Positions 40,401 to 53,604 of a stretch of DNA of 64,000 nucleotides are shown in pieces (the stretch's first letter is position 1; every line of letters begins with the position of its first letter). Where the stretch lies: NCBI RefSeq assembly GCF_036321535.1, contig NC_087436.1, forward strand, positions 120,778,001-120,842,000. Direction: 5' to 3'. Source of the stretch: Camelus dromedarius. Lineage: Eukaryota. The notes beneath the pieces were generated by a model that made no database searches, was not told the origin of the DNA, and saw only the letters and a program-made list of their open reading frames with translations. Both the position numbers and the translations under genes were made by a program.

Positions 40401-41179
40401 TCTGGAGACTGACCCTGAAGCCTCACGGCCCTGGGTGGGTTTCTGGTGCTCAAGAGCCAGAGCTCAAGTTTCGGGTCACCTCTGGGCACTGGGCAGAAGG
40501 ACTCCCCAGGCAGAAAAGTGGGGCCTCCAAGTCAGCATGTTGCCAGCTCTCTGTGTCTGTGTCTCCGAGGCATCTGCGCCCCCTTCCCCCAAGTCACAGC
40601 CACCCTTCCTTCTCTGTCTGCTCTTGTCTTTCCTTATGTTCCACTTGTCGCTGCACAGCAGGATGGCCAGAGGGTCCCCAGCAAAGGGCCAAAGGGCCAA
40701 AGGGCACTCGGTGCTCTTCTCGACGGGACAGCGAGAACTTTGTCGCCTGTGTCCCCAGTGCATAGCTCAGCACTGGTTGTCAAAGGTGCCCCAGGAAGAG
40801 TGTAGGGGGTGAGTTAGTGGGAAAGATTCCCAGAGCCTAGATCAGAAGTCAGCCACTGCCAGTTTTTTTTTTTTAAATAAACTTTTCTTTTTGGAATAAT
40901 CTTAGAGAATGCCCACTTTAAAATTTAAATTTTACCTTATTTTTTCTTCCCTTCATCCTTCACCCCAATTCCATTTGTCCTCATCTCACTCCGGCGCCAC
41001 CCCACGTAACACACCTGCTCTCGTGTCTGAACTTAGAAAAGCGGTGTAAACTGTATGCCTCCACCAGCTCGCTTTTTTCACTTTAAAGTATGAATCTGAT
41101 GCTGATAAGTGTTGTGATGATCTAACCATGCTGGGCTTACCCAGCAGTCAGCCATGCCTTTGTTCCAGTTCCTCTGGTC

Positions 41180-41680
41180 CAGTCACCCTTGTCCCCAAAA
41201 CTTAGGGTGTAAAACCACCATTTCTCAGTGTGCTCATGGGTGTGGGGGTGGGGGGTAGTTTGTCTCCACTGCGTGGTGCTGAGCCTCAGCTGGGGGCTGG
41301 GGGTGGGAAGGACTTAGCTGAGGGCACCTTGGCTCCTTTATCTGGGGCCTGATGCTGATGTTAGCCGAGGGACCACTGCCTGGGCCCCTCCGTGTGACCC
41401 GGGCTTCCTTACAACATGGGTTCCCAGAATGAGTGAGTGTGGAGGCGTGTATGTAGGAGAGAGGTGTGGAACGTCGCCTGGGAATTCTGCTGTACTCTGC
41501 TGAGCTCCCATTGGGGTGCAAGGGGGAGGGGCCTTGGGCCCCACCTCTCAGTCAGGGGATGGTCAGACTGGAGGATGAGAATCCCTGTGTGGTCTTCCAG
41601 GAAAGGATGGTTGACCCCACTAGGGGACTTTCAGGTTGCTGCCAAGTGTCCACGACTGCAGATCGCGGCGGGATGGACAG
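41180..41680 (-). mobile_element. Old MaLR LTR remnant (MLT1-type)
   Basis: CCCCAAAACTTAG..TAAAAC.ACCATTT...GCTCATG...GGGCTTCCTTACAACATGG. Confidence 0.5.
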
Positions 41681-42939
41681 ACCTATTTTTCTTTGTGGGG
41701 TGGGAGGTTGTCTGGGGGTGCGTGTCCCTCAGAATGGTACTCCTGGGGTACGGGGTCTCTACAGAGTCCACATGGCAGGCTCTTCAGAGAGACTCTCCAG
41801 AGCAACGCGATCACCTCTGTGTCCCCTGATCTGTGCCAGCACCTGGCTTTATCCGACCCTGTCGGCGGCGTGGCGCTGGGATGAGGGTGGGAGGGAGTCG
41901 GGTTGTTTTCTGCAATGATTCTCTGGTGGCTGGTGGGCGAGGTTGCTGTGCTGTGCGACCAGGGGCAGCGGTAGGTTCGAGTGTGGCAGGGCTGGGAGCC
42001 AGAGGACCAAGATGCGCTTGGATTCTGAAGACCTGCGCCTGCCACCTAAAGAGTAGGGTTCTCAGTTTGCCAAGCAGTGGGGAGCCACTGAAGGTGGCTG
42101 AACTGGGGAAGTGTCAGGACCGGAGCCTCCTTGGGAGGAGTAAGTGGAAAGCACTGCACATGTGGGTGAGTCTGACGACCATCCTAGTGATCAGCAGCGA
42201 AGCCCCAGGAGGGCGGTGGCCACGCAAGGGGGCCACGTCCCAGTAGCCACCTGGTGGTGCACCGGCCGGGGTTGGGGGCGGGGAGAGGGAGAGCCTCAGG
42301 ACGTTTTTATTAGCTTGTCGGATGGTCTGCTCCTGACCTCACAGCCACGGTAAGGGTCCTTGCAGCTGTCCAGATGAGCAGCCAGGCACTGGGCAACTAT
42401 TCTCCGCCAAATGCTGAGTCCACTGTGGCCATAAGCAAGTCACTACCCTCTGGGGACCTCAGTGTCCTCAGTGGTAAAGTGGGAATAACACCGCCCAGCA
42501 CATGGGCTGGTGTGGGGTGGAGTGCAGGGACAATGCAGGCAAGTCTTTGGCGTGTGTTTAAAATATTTGCATCGTAGAAGAGCAAATGTTTGACAATTAT
42601 TTTGGCTGCCTTTTGAGGTTTTGGCCACTTCCTTCCTTGCGAAAGTCCCCCTTTAAACACTGGAAAAGGGAGGAAAATCTTTACAACGTGTTCCGCGGAT
42701 GCTTCCCAGAGTTCCATTCCCTGGGAGATGGGCCGAGGGGGCGGAGAGGGCGGAGGCGGGGGGGGTGGCGGAGGAGGGGGAAGGAGGAGGGGAGGAGGAG
42801 GTAGGAGGCGCGGAGCAGAGGGAGGGGAGGGGAGAGGGCAAGGAAGGGAAGGTGTGTGTGGGGATGGAGACGGATGGGGCGGAGAACCAAACGAGGGAGG
42901 AAGGGATGCATGGGGAGGGCGGGGAGGGGTGCGGGGAGG

Positions 42940-43210
42940 GAGGCGAGGGGCGGGGAGAGGTCAGCGGAGGCGGGGCGGAGGCGGGGCGGGGGCGGGGCTG
43001 GATGACGTCCGCAGCATTCCCGGCGCGCTGCCGCGGGACGCCGGCCGGGCCCGGAAGCCCCGGGTTCTGGGCGAGGTTCCCAAGGACCGTCCCGGGGCAG
43101 AGTGTGCGAGTCGCCAGAGCCGCGCTCCCGAAGCGCCGCCCGGGCCAGCCGAGAAGCCCCCTTCCCCGCCGGGGCGCCCGAGAAGGGTCCCAGTCCGGAG
43201 CCGCCGGATG
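42940..43210. promoter_or_regulatory. Small CpG island with clustered Sp/KLF boxes and a CRE-like site
   Basis: GGGGCGGAGGCGGGGCGGGGGCGGGGC at about 42972-42998, followed by TGACGTCC. Confidence 0.6.
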
Positions 43211-44820
43211 CTGGGGTGGACAAGACGTGCCAACGCCTGTGCCAAGGAGGCTGCTCCCCCTCCAACCCTCAGGGCCTTGCCAGGAGCACCTGCCCTGGGC
43301 CGAGCCGAACTCTCACCTTCTGCTCACCCCCCAGCCCAGGCTTGGGCGCTGCGTCATGTCTTGTCCCCGCTTGGGGTGGGCATCCACCAGATCCCGGTGT
43401 CCCCGCGCTCGGCAAACCATCAACCTTGCGGGCGCGGGGTGGGGGGGGGCTGAGGGTGTTCTCATTGATGGAGGGACCCTTCCTTCCTCTGCAGGTACAT
43501 TCCCCACTCCAACATTTTATTTTGAAAGAACTGGCCATAGGACACCCATTAGGTACCCTCTAGATTCTTCCATTAGCACCTGGCTTTCCTTGCTTTATGA
43601 CATCTGCGCGTCTCTCCATCCGCCTCTCCACCACAGGGATGCGCGCGTTTGGGTCCCAGCTCTGCCTCTGATCAGCTGTTTGCTGTCCCCAGGCACCACC
43701 TCCTCCTCTGGAGGTGGGCGTCCTACGGCTCCCTGTGCTGCAGGCTGTGCTGGTGGAAAGTGGTCCATGAATGGACTCTGTCCTGATTATGTTTTCAAGC
43801 GTGATGCTACAGTCACACTCCTGATTTCCTCGTGTGACGTCCGTCAGCGGCTCTGCATTCACCGCCAACCCTCGTTGTCTGCCACTGATGTCCTGTCTCC
43901 GTAAAGGTCTGCAAAGCTGTGGTCACCAACCTCAGGGGGCAGGCGCGGCTGGTTGCGGCATGAAGAGCACCTCAAGGTGGGGGTGGGTTTTGGTTTCCAC
44001 GATGGAGCACAGGTTTGTGCCTGGAGTTATTCAAACCACCGGAGACCCTCAGACCAGTCAGACTGCCCGTGACCTTGATTGGAAGTGACTTGGGGTTGGA
44101 GAAATGCAGCTGGAACAACAAGGAGAGGGGAACTACCGTGCAGGTGCAGGGCACCTCTTCCCAGGAGCTGGATGGAAGTTTCTGGAAACCTCTGGCCATA
44201 GCCTGAACCCAGCCAGTCTGGCCTGGCTCACCCCTCTAGGTTTTGGAATGGATGCCTGTGGCCTAGCAGGGCGTGTTTGTGTGGGGCCCCCAGCGCGGGT
44301 GCCGGCAGGAATGTTTGGCCCAGGAATGCTAGTTACACTGCTCAGTTATCCCTCTGTGGGCAGGCGCCTGGGGCCTGGGAGGAGGCCCGTCCTCGCCCTC
44401 CCCCCTCAGAAGCTGCTGAGTGTTGGAGCCCAGCAGGTTTAGTCGGCACTTCCCAGAGCCCCGGGTGGGCAGGCTTGCCCGCCCGAACAAGTCCTTGCGG
44501 GGGGGGGGGGGGGGAATGTCACTGAGCAGATTCGCTGCAGCAGCACTTGTGACACGGAAAACTGAACCGCCCTCCCTGCCAGCCGGGGCGGGGCGTCTGT
44601 AAACACAGACCCATCTTCCCACCATCACGTGATGCAGCTGGGGAAACAGTGGGTGGCCTTGATAGGGGACCCTCCCAAGTCTGGAGGGTTGGTTGGGGAA
44701 AACATAGAAACGAGGGTACAGGGCGTGTGTCACAGATGTGTAAAGGGGGTGAAACACACAGGCGTATTTACACACATAACCTTATACTGATTCTCATTTA
44801 TGGTTGGTTGTGTGCCCATC

Positions 44821-45247
44821 TGTGATGGGCTGAACTGTCTCCCCCAATTCATATGTTGAAGCCCTAAACCCCAGTGCCTCAGAATGTGACCTCATCTGGA
44901 AATAGGGTCACTGCAGATGCAATGTGTTACTACGGTGAGGTCACCTGGAGTGGGTGGGCCCTAATTCATCAGGACTGGTGTCCTTATAAGAGGAATGCCC
45001 TGCAAAGAGACAGCAGCACGGGGGGGGGGAGGACGCAGGGCAGGGCTGCGGAGGCGCTGCCACGTGACCCCACAAGATTGGCACTGACCCCCAGCGCTGG
45101 GAGAGAGCCTGGGACACAGCCCAGCCACCGCCTTCAGAGGGGGAGCTCGGCCTGGCCAGCACCTTGGTCTTGGACTTCTGACTTGCAGTCTGTGAGAGAG
45201 TCTGCTTCTGCTGTTCTGAGCCCCTGGCAGCCCCGGGACGCAGGACA
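44821..45247 (+). mobile_element. MaLR solo LTR (MLT1B/C-like)
   Basis: TGTGATGGGCTGAACTGT..CCCCAATTCATATGTTGAAGCCCTAA..CCTCAGAATGTGAC...GACTGGTGTCCTTATAAGAG...TTGGACTTCTG. Confidence 0.87.
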
Positions 45248-46189
45248 GCTTCTCTGACTGTGGGAGGAGGGCCTGGGGCCTGGTGTGATGCTCCCTCCCG
45301 GGGACAGGGGTGAGAGGACATCTCAGGTCCACTGTCTCCACTGTTTGAGGTTTGCACCAAGTGCAAGTATTACTTCATTTTTAAAACATGAAGTGGGAAA
45401 AGTCAGAAGTCCTCAGGGCGATGCCCTGAGAGAGGAACATTAAGGGCATTTGGCAGAGACGCCTAGCGAGGTTGGAGGACCCAAGGCCTCTGGGCTGCGG
45501 AGTGGAAACAGAGGTCAGAGGTCGTGGGGGAGAAGTTCTGGGATCCCAGAGGTCCCAGGGTCCTCCTGGGCTCAGGTGTGCTTGTGATGGAGGTAGGGGG
45601 GGAAAGCAGGTGTAGAGGGGCTGGCATGTCAGAGCCCCTGACCGACCCTCTGACCCACTGACGTGGGGACTGGGGGAGGTCCATGTGGCCGAGTGGTCCC
45701 CCAACGTGGGTATGAGGACCTGGGGTTGCTACCTCCCTTACCTGGGGTGTCAGGGAGGCGGGGCTCTGCGTCAGGCCCCCTGCAGCCCCCTAACCACTCT
45801 CAGCCTCCAGCCCCTCATCAGGTGGAGGAATAGACGGCGCCCAGACCAGCAAAAGAGATGTTCATGGACCTCGCCCGCGCCAGGCGTCCTGCGCCTGCAC
45901 CCTCAATCCATTGAGTTGCCTGCCCTCACCCACTGGCTCTGCTGGCCCCTCAGGGTCTCTGCCTTCACCCTGGCCTTTTATGCTACAACAAAATCACTTT
46001 TATGTTATTAAATAATATGTGATCAACACAAAGAATTTGACAAATACCTGGTGATATAAAAGAGAAAACACAGGTCACCAGGAGCCCACCACCCTGAGAC
46101 CCTCCACTGACATTCTGGGACACCCCTCCATGCAGCTCTTTGAGGAAACACAGCCTGGGGCCACGGACCCCCACCCACACCCTGCTCAC

Positions 46190-46743
46190 GTGTGCACACA
46201 CACACACTCACCTACACACACTCATACACACACCCCTCACTTAGATAAACACACAGAGACACTCACACACACACATGCATCTGCACACACACCCTCACTG
46301 ATACACACACACAAGTATACACACATTACCTGTATACACAACACACACTAGTGTGGACACACTGCCATTCACTTATACACACACACCTATATTCACACGC
46401 CGACTTATATACACATCCCCATTATATGCAAAAACACATACTCATTTATACACACACCCACTCATAACACACACTCACTGACACACACACCCCCTCACAG
46501 ATACCTCACACAATACACACACATTTACCTACATACATAACACACACTAGTATATACACACCCCCACTCATTTACACACATAGCCCAACTCATAAATATA
46601 CACACATGTTCACTGACACACACACCCACCCACACACTCATACATACAGACCCATCCCCCACACCCACACACCCATCTACACATCCCCAAAGGCATGTGC
46701 TCAGTCCCCCATGCCCCTCACACACACTGCACCCTCCACAAAC

Positions 46744-46782
<39 letters not shown>

Positions 46783-46870
46783 ACACACGTCCCCCCCAAG
46801 CACACAAACCCACACACATGTCCACACCCCTCTACCGCGCCCACACACACACCTCCAGACACGCTGCACC
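46190..46870. repeat. About 680-bp CA-rich low-complexity tract containing a pure (CA)n core at about 46746-46779
   Basis: Degenerate ACAC/CACT/CATA iterations. Confidence 0.92.
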
Positions 46871-48374
46871 CCTCACGCCCCGATGTCTGGCCAACACCTG
46901 CCCGCCCGCACTCCACGCACAGACCCGCCTCACCCCACAGGGCCCTCCGCACGGGCAGCCCCGCCTCCCTCCCGCGTGCGCGCCCCCCCCCCCCGTGATC
47001 CCACCCCCGCCCGCGCTCCGCGCAGCTTCACACTCGTGGGGCTTCTCTTCCATCACGGACCCCCTCAGCACCCCTCCTACTTCCATCTTGTCCCCCTGAA
47101 AACCCCTCCGACCTAATGTGCACCTTTACGTCTTTCTCTCCAGAAGCCTTTGATCTGCGAGCGCAGACATGAACACCCAGCCAGCAGGGCCAGCGTGTCC
47201 AAGCCCCCCCACCCCCACCCCACCCCACCCCACCCCACCCCTCCGCTTTCCGTGCCTGCGTCCGCCTCTCCTCCCTCCACGACCCCGGCCCCGGCCCCGG
47301 CCCGCCCCGGGGGGCCCTCTCAGTCCCCAGCCCAGCCCGCGTCGCCCTGGCTGCGTTCGTCCTGAGGACGGGCCACGCCTCCGCCACCCGCGCGTTCGGG
47401 GCGCGGGCTCGTCCTGCGGTTGCTGATCAGTGCAGACAGCGCTGCACGGGGCCTGCGGACAAGGAGACGTGCAGCCGCTTCCTCCCGGGCTGCTCCTCCT
47501 GTGCCTCCGGGAGCAGCGCTGCTGGGCCGGCTAGCATGAGTGTGAGTGCGTGTAGGCGCACATGCGTGAGTGTGAGAGACATTTTTCCAGGTTGCTTTTC
47601 CGGAAGGCCGAAGCCCTTCACGCCTGCACCAGCGCGGGCTGGGGGTGCCTGTCCCGCGCCCTCCACCAGCAGGTGGCCGAGCTCCTTTCCACTCTTGCTG
47701 TCAGACCGATGGGTCCGAGCGGCTTTTGCTCTAAGCCAGCGGACCGCTGGGGAGGCCGCACAGACTGAGGGCCTGGCCCCCTCCCTTAGTCGCCCTGCCC
47801 TGGCCCCGTGGCGGGTGGGGAGGCAGCGCGGGGTGGGGAAGGCAGCACTCCGTCGGGAGGAGCATGGGACGAGCACTGCTGAGGCTCAGCCTTGCATCCT
47901 CCCTCCTCCCTGGGCTCCTCTGAACACTGAGCCATCGCCCCCCCCTCCCCGCCCCCCACTCAAAGCTCGATCAGTGAGACTGTCATCAGCTCCGGGACCA
48001 GGAAGGCATCAGTACCCCGCAGCCCAGTGCTCAGCTCAGAGAGGCAGCCAGCACCCGGCGGGCCGATGGCTTGTGGAGATTGTCACCTCCCTGCCTCTGG
48101 AGCTGGCCCGTCCCAAACCAGTGGGCCTTTCAGCAGGTCCTAGAGGGAATGAATTATTTGCCCAATGGAAGGGTGAATTTAAAACAGCTTACCAGCATCT
48201 GCACCGAAACCTCCCGATCTGCCTGGCCGCGGAAGGCTGGCTGGGGGACGACCCTACGATCCAAGGTGCCTGCGGCCCAGGGCCCTCACCCACCACGCCA
48301 CTTTCTCAGGGCCTGCAGAAAGCACCTGTTCTGACATTTACAGGGGAAGTGGGCTTTTGGGGGGTTTCTTTAGA

Positions 48375-48462
48375 TTTTTTTTTTTAATGGAGGCACTGGG
48401 GATTGAACCCAGGACCTCGTGCATGCTAAGCACGCGCTCTCCCACTAAGCTCTACCATCCCC
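48375..48462 (-). mobile_element. tRNA-derived SINE (Vic-1-like)
   Basis: Reverse complement reads GGGGATGGTAGAGCTTAGTGGGAGAGCGCGTGCTTAGCATGCACGAGGTCCTGGGTTCAATCCCCAGTGCCTCCATTAAAA. Confidence 0.88.
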
Positions 48463-48754
48463 CTCGCAGGGTAAGTTTGATAACTGAAGTGTGAGAAAGA
48501 TTCTGAAGGGGCCTAGGCCAGGTGCAGACGCTGCCTCCCTCCCCGCCCGCCCCCCCCCCCACACCTTGCCCCCGTGTCTGTGTGCAGCCCGGCTGGAAGG
48601 GAGCATTCCCGGGGGAGGCCCCCAGACCCCAGCTGGACCGAGCAGCACCAGACCAAAGGCCCTTCCGCTGGGTCCCCGCAGCTGCAACCCAGGCTCTGAG
48701 TGTGTCCCAGACACCGAGTTCTGTCTGTGAAACATCAGGGACCCATCCACGGAT

Positions 48755-49150
48755 GCCTGGTTCTAGCGCTAACAAATCACCACGCGCTGGGCAGCTTAAA
48801 ACAACAGAAATTTATTCTCAGGCAGTTCTGGAGGTCAGAAGTCCTAAATCAGTATCACTGGGTTGAATTCAAGTGTCTGCAGGGCCGGGCTCCCCCTGGA
48901 GGACTTCCCACCTCTTCCAGCTTCTGGGGGCCCCAGGCGTCCCCGGGCTGTGGCGTGTGTCTGTGTCAAACCTCCCTGCGTCTCCAGCTCGTCACACCTG
49001 TGATGGCAGTTAGGGCCCCTTGGATAATCCGGGACCTTCTGTCCAGGGTAATCCTGAACTATCCCAATGACCCCTTTCCCATACCAGGTCACGTTATAGG
49101 TTCTGGGGATTTGAACCTGGTGTCTTTGGGGACATTATTCAGCCCATGAC
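48755..49150 (-). mobile_element. MaLR solo LTR (MLT1C/D-like)
   Basis: TAACAAATCACCAC...GCTTAAAACAACAGAAATTTATTCTC..AGTTCTGGAGG.CAGAAGTCC...ATTATTCAGCC. Confidence 0.85.
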
Positions 49151-52100
49151 GCCACTCAGTTCTCACCAGCCTCCAGGGCATTAGCTCGGGCCCAGGTCCC
49201 TCTATATTTGCTGGGTGCATCAGCCAAGTGCTCTTTGGGCCTGGGTGAGGCAACCCCAGTGTCTGCAGGAAGTGGGATTTTAAGCCACAGCTAAAATGTT
49301 AGCTCACCTGGAAATCAATCTGGGAAATTAATTCAAAGGGAGGGTCCCAACAATGATGCAGTGTAGAAACCTCCTAATGGGGGTCGTCTAGTTGCTGCTT
49401 GCACACCTCTCCCAACAGGGAACTCACTACCACACAAGGTAGCTCATTCTGTCTTTTGCTGCTCCGACTGTCCCCTTTACTTGCACTGAGAATGGTGAAC
49501 GGAGAGATTGTGCTTCTGAGAAGCTAGTAAGCCTCCGGCTGGGGGAGAGGCTGGCCAGAGTCTCCTTTGTGTAGGCTGGTCAGGCACAGGCAGGGGCCCA
49601 TCAGGAGGAGGACCCTTAATCTGGGGGCAGCCGGATCTGACACGCTTGTCACCCGACTCCGTACACACCCCAAACCGAAGAGGGTGGGGTCGGGAGGCGG
49701 GGGTCTACTGAATGCCCCACGCCTGGGGGATGGGCAGGTTCCAGGCTGCCTGAACCCTTCAGAGAGAGGCCTCCCCCAACTCCTGCCATTTACACAGACA
49801 ACAGGCCCAGAAGGCTGCCCCCCGAACCACACCGCCCTCTGCCCCTTGCCCACGGTGGAGCCCTTTAGGGGGCAAGTCCTGCGCCGTGGCTGGGGCTTGA
49901 CTTCACTTGGCCCCTCGTGGCCTCTGTGGCCACTGTGCTTACAATCCTCAGCCACTGGTGAGGTTTCCTTTAGCGCTGAGCAGTCTATTCTAAGCATCCC
50001 AAAAGGAATGATTTGGCCAGAGTCATGGAGCGGGGATGTGATCAGCCGTCCGGTGTTGTAATAAGGCGAGAATCATTGGAAGAGGTTAGCAAGGCGGGGC
50101 CTGGCTCTCGGTCCACGTGTCCCTCCTCCACAGCAGACTCCCTCACCGAGACGGCAAATAAGATATCAGCTTTAACAATCACCCTTGAATAATTGTCCAA
50201 AAACGTTTAGTGTCCAAGTCATCCCTCACTACATCCTTGGGACCAGGGGAGGATGTGCTAAAACAAAACATCTTCTTGGACCTGAATCTGTAAATAAGCC
50301 AGATTTCGCTGGAAGGCGCTCGCCTCTTCAGCTGGGAGCACAGTAGAAGTATTCATCTAAGGCTGATTCATCCTGAACGCTTGAAAGGCAAACGCTGCGC
50401 CGCCCGGATGAACCGGCCCGTCCCACGAGCGCCACCGTGAGGAGACTCTCTGAACTGACTTGAAGGAATAGCACACTTCCTGGGCTTGGAGACACTCAGG
50501 CACTGCATTTATTCGTTCAGTCAGTGGTTCAGCGGCTACTGATTTAGCCGAGTCTCCAAGCCCTGTTCTGGACACAGGAGAGAGCCCAGACAAAGCCAGG
50601 CCCGTCCTTGCCCACGTGGGAAGACAGGACGGGCCCTTGTCCAGGTATCACGTGTAACTGCCCCGAGTAAAGGCTGTGACAGAGAACTCAGGGTGCAGTA
50701 GGGGTCCTGGCCCCACGTCTCCTTCCTGGCCCACGCTTTGTGGTCCTGCAGAGCCAGGGAGAAGGAGGCTTTCCTCACCCCCAGAAGCCAAGGTGGACTT
50801 TAGATTCCATAAAGGATGGGATTATTGCCACGTCAGACTCAAGTTCAAGGGGCGGTGCCCAGCCTGGCTTCTCAGGTGCACAGGTAGGAACTAGCTCTCT
50901 TTCCTCTCTCTCTCTCTCTTTCCTTTTCCCATCTGGGATATTTCCCTGATGCCCTCATGAGTCTGCGGATAGACTGTGCCCAGCCATCAGGGTCCATAGG
51001 AAGACAGGTGGAGGGAGGAGCCGAGCTACACAGAGACAAGTGTGTATACTCCTCCTAAAACAAGAACCATGAGGAGGCTAGAGGACCAAATGTTTTCCCA
51101 CCAGGGCCTCACGAGCTTGGAGTCCTGTGCCGGGTCCTTGGACCACCAGTGGCCTGAACTCCACTCCTTCCCCTCTGTATGTAAGGGAGCATTACTTAAT
51201 AACATGATGGCTGAGAAGGCAGGGGCTGCAGGAGGCTCTGAATTAGCCAATGTGGGAGGCGCAGGGGTCACTGAGACTTAGGTCCAACCCAGCCCCTCTG
51301 CAGGGGAAACGGGTCAGGAAGGAGCAGGGGGCCATCTGCCAGGGCCTTGGAGAGCAGACTCCCTGTCCTGCTGGGAAGCCCCCACTCGCTCTGAGGTGGA
51401 CACCTGTGGGTCCACGCCAGGCAGTTGATGCTTTGACTGAATCCAGCTTTAAAGTGTAATTTCTAGACCAAGACTGTGATCAGATCCCCGCCTCCTGGGC
51501 GACTACCGCTCAGGTCTGAGTGCCAGTGGGTGGGGCTTCTACCTGGTGGGCGGGGCTTCCACCCGGGTGGCCGCCTCCCAGGACCTCTCCCTGCTTTTCC
51601 TGCATTTAATGCCCCAGGATGACACCAAGAAGAAGGCGTCCTGAGGAGTGTGCTGAGTTGCCAGCGGGTCACAGCCCCACACAGCATCACGAGGCCAACT
51701 CCACGAGGCTGATAGCAACACCAGCCTCTGCTCCTGCCCACATGAGGGCTCTGTCCCAGATGCGAGGTGCGGTGCCATAAGCTACCAAACCACTATCCAC
51801 TCGGGCCCCGCGCTGCCCGGACTGCGTGTCCGTCTCTGGCTTCAGGATACCCCAGGCTGGTAAACTCCACACCCAATCGTCTCTTTTAGCCTCAGTCTTC
51901 TCAATGGAAAAAAGGGCTTGACAACAGGGCCGACTTGACCAAGGTGCTGTGAGACAGTGCTGGTGCAGGAGGGGACCTGAACCCCAGGAGGAGCAGAGAT
52001 GAGGACTGGAGCCGAGATGAGGACTGGAGCCCCGTCCCCTCCCTCGCAGCCGACCCACCAGCAAGAAGGTCTCAGATCGGCCACACTGCGGGCCGTGCTC

Positions 52101-53204
52101 CTCCGCTCCCACCTCAGCTCACTGGGGACCCCACAGGTGATGCTGCCAAGACTGAGATGTCAGTTGATTTGATCTGTATGGCTGAGAAGTCGTTTCCAGA
52201 GCAGACCACCCCTTCCCTAATCCTAAAGGGAAAGAGCGCAACAGAAACCCCTGGCAGCCTGCCCTCAGGCTTGGGGACACACGCCCATCCTCGCTCTGTG
52301 TGTCCCGGAGGCACACAGCGCCCAGGGTGTCCTGTGCCACCCAGCTTCCGCCCCACCGTGCTGGACACTTGGGAGCCAAACTGCTTCCAGCAGTTTCTCC
52401 AGACTAGGCTGACACAAAATGATCCCCAAGGCAGCTGGAGAGCTGGCGCGTCTGAGAGCAGGACCAGGGCCCGGAGCTTCCAGTGCCCAGCCTGCTCTGC
52501 CAGGGTTCTCAGTCTGAGTCCCGGGCGCCCCCACTCCCACGGCACCTCGGGGGGGGGAGCCCTGGGGAGAACTGGGGGCCCCACAGTGGAGGCGGAGCTG
52601 GGTTAACCTCACAGTTGCAAAGTCACTTGAGGAGGGGGCTGCAGGCTCCTCAGTTGAAGTGTGTGCACCCTGCCTTCCTCCTGGGGTTACATTTAGCATT
52701 TCAAGGGAGACAGCTCTGAAGAGCAGAGAGGCAAACGCCTAGAGAAAAGGGAGGGAATAAACCTGAAATGCAAACTCAGCAGTGGGCCCTTGACTGGGGG
52801 TGGGTAGCCCCCACTTCCTTGGCCCCGAAATCCTTGCCCTGGGCCACACTCGGTCCCACCCTGAGGGAACAATGGAGTTTCATTAAATTCCTAGGAACAC
52901 CCTTGTGTCCGCCAGGGATCCGGGAGCCCCTCTGCATGCTTCTCGGGCGCACTTCCCTCCTGCTGCTGCGGTGTCCCGGACCTCCAGCAGCTTGCCTCTA
53001 CTCTGAGCCTGTGGCACAGAACTGATGCAGGGAGTGGGCTGTGGGGAAGGAGGACAGCCCCTGGCCGGCCGGCAGGACCCAGAGTCCCTGGCATCCTGGT
53101 GAGCCCCTGGCCACTGGGTGTCCCAACCCTGGGGCCCCAGTTGAGCTCAGTTCTCCTTGAACTCTCTCTGTTGGTCTAGTGAGTGGTAAGGGGCCCTTCT
53201 CACT

Positions 53205-53299
53205 CCTCCCTCCCTCCCTCCCCTCCTTCCTTCTCCCCTTCCTTCCTTCCTTCCTTCCTTCCTTCCTTCCTTCCTTCCTTCCTTCCTTCCTTCTTTCCT
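53205..53299. repeat. (CCCT)/(CCTT)n tetranucleotide microsatellite
   Basis: Long TTCC run. Confidence 0.95.
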
Positions 53300-53604
53300 T
53301 GTCTGAGCCAGGCCAAGTGTCAGCTGTTGGAGCTTTAACTGTGCACAAGGCAGAAGAGTCTGCAGAAAGTAAACACGTAGGACCAGACTACCTGTGGCCT
53401 ACACATGGTCCTGGGCCAAGCCAAGAGTGGTCCGGGCTTTGCCAGGAGGAAGCAGAGGGCTGGGAGGTGGTGATACCCACTCACCCAGAGCCACCTGCTG
53501 GAGGTGGCAGAGTTGGAGTTCCCCTCCCCCCTACTCTGAATCCATCCTCCTGACAGTTTCCAGGGCCAGATGGTTCATCCCCCTTAAGAGTAAACACTGA
53601 ATCT

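Noticed and set aside
42699..43904. 401-aa + strand ORF
   Set aside because: Spans a G-rich low-complexity tract, a CpG island and probable decayed repeat; no recognisable protein.
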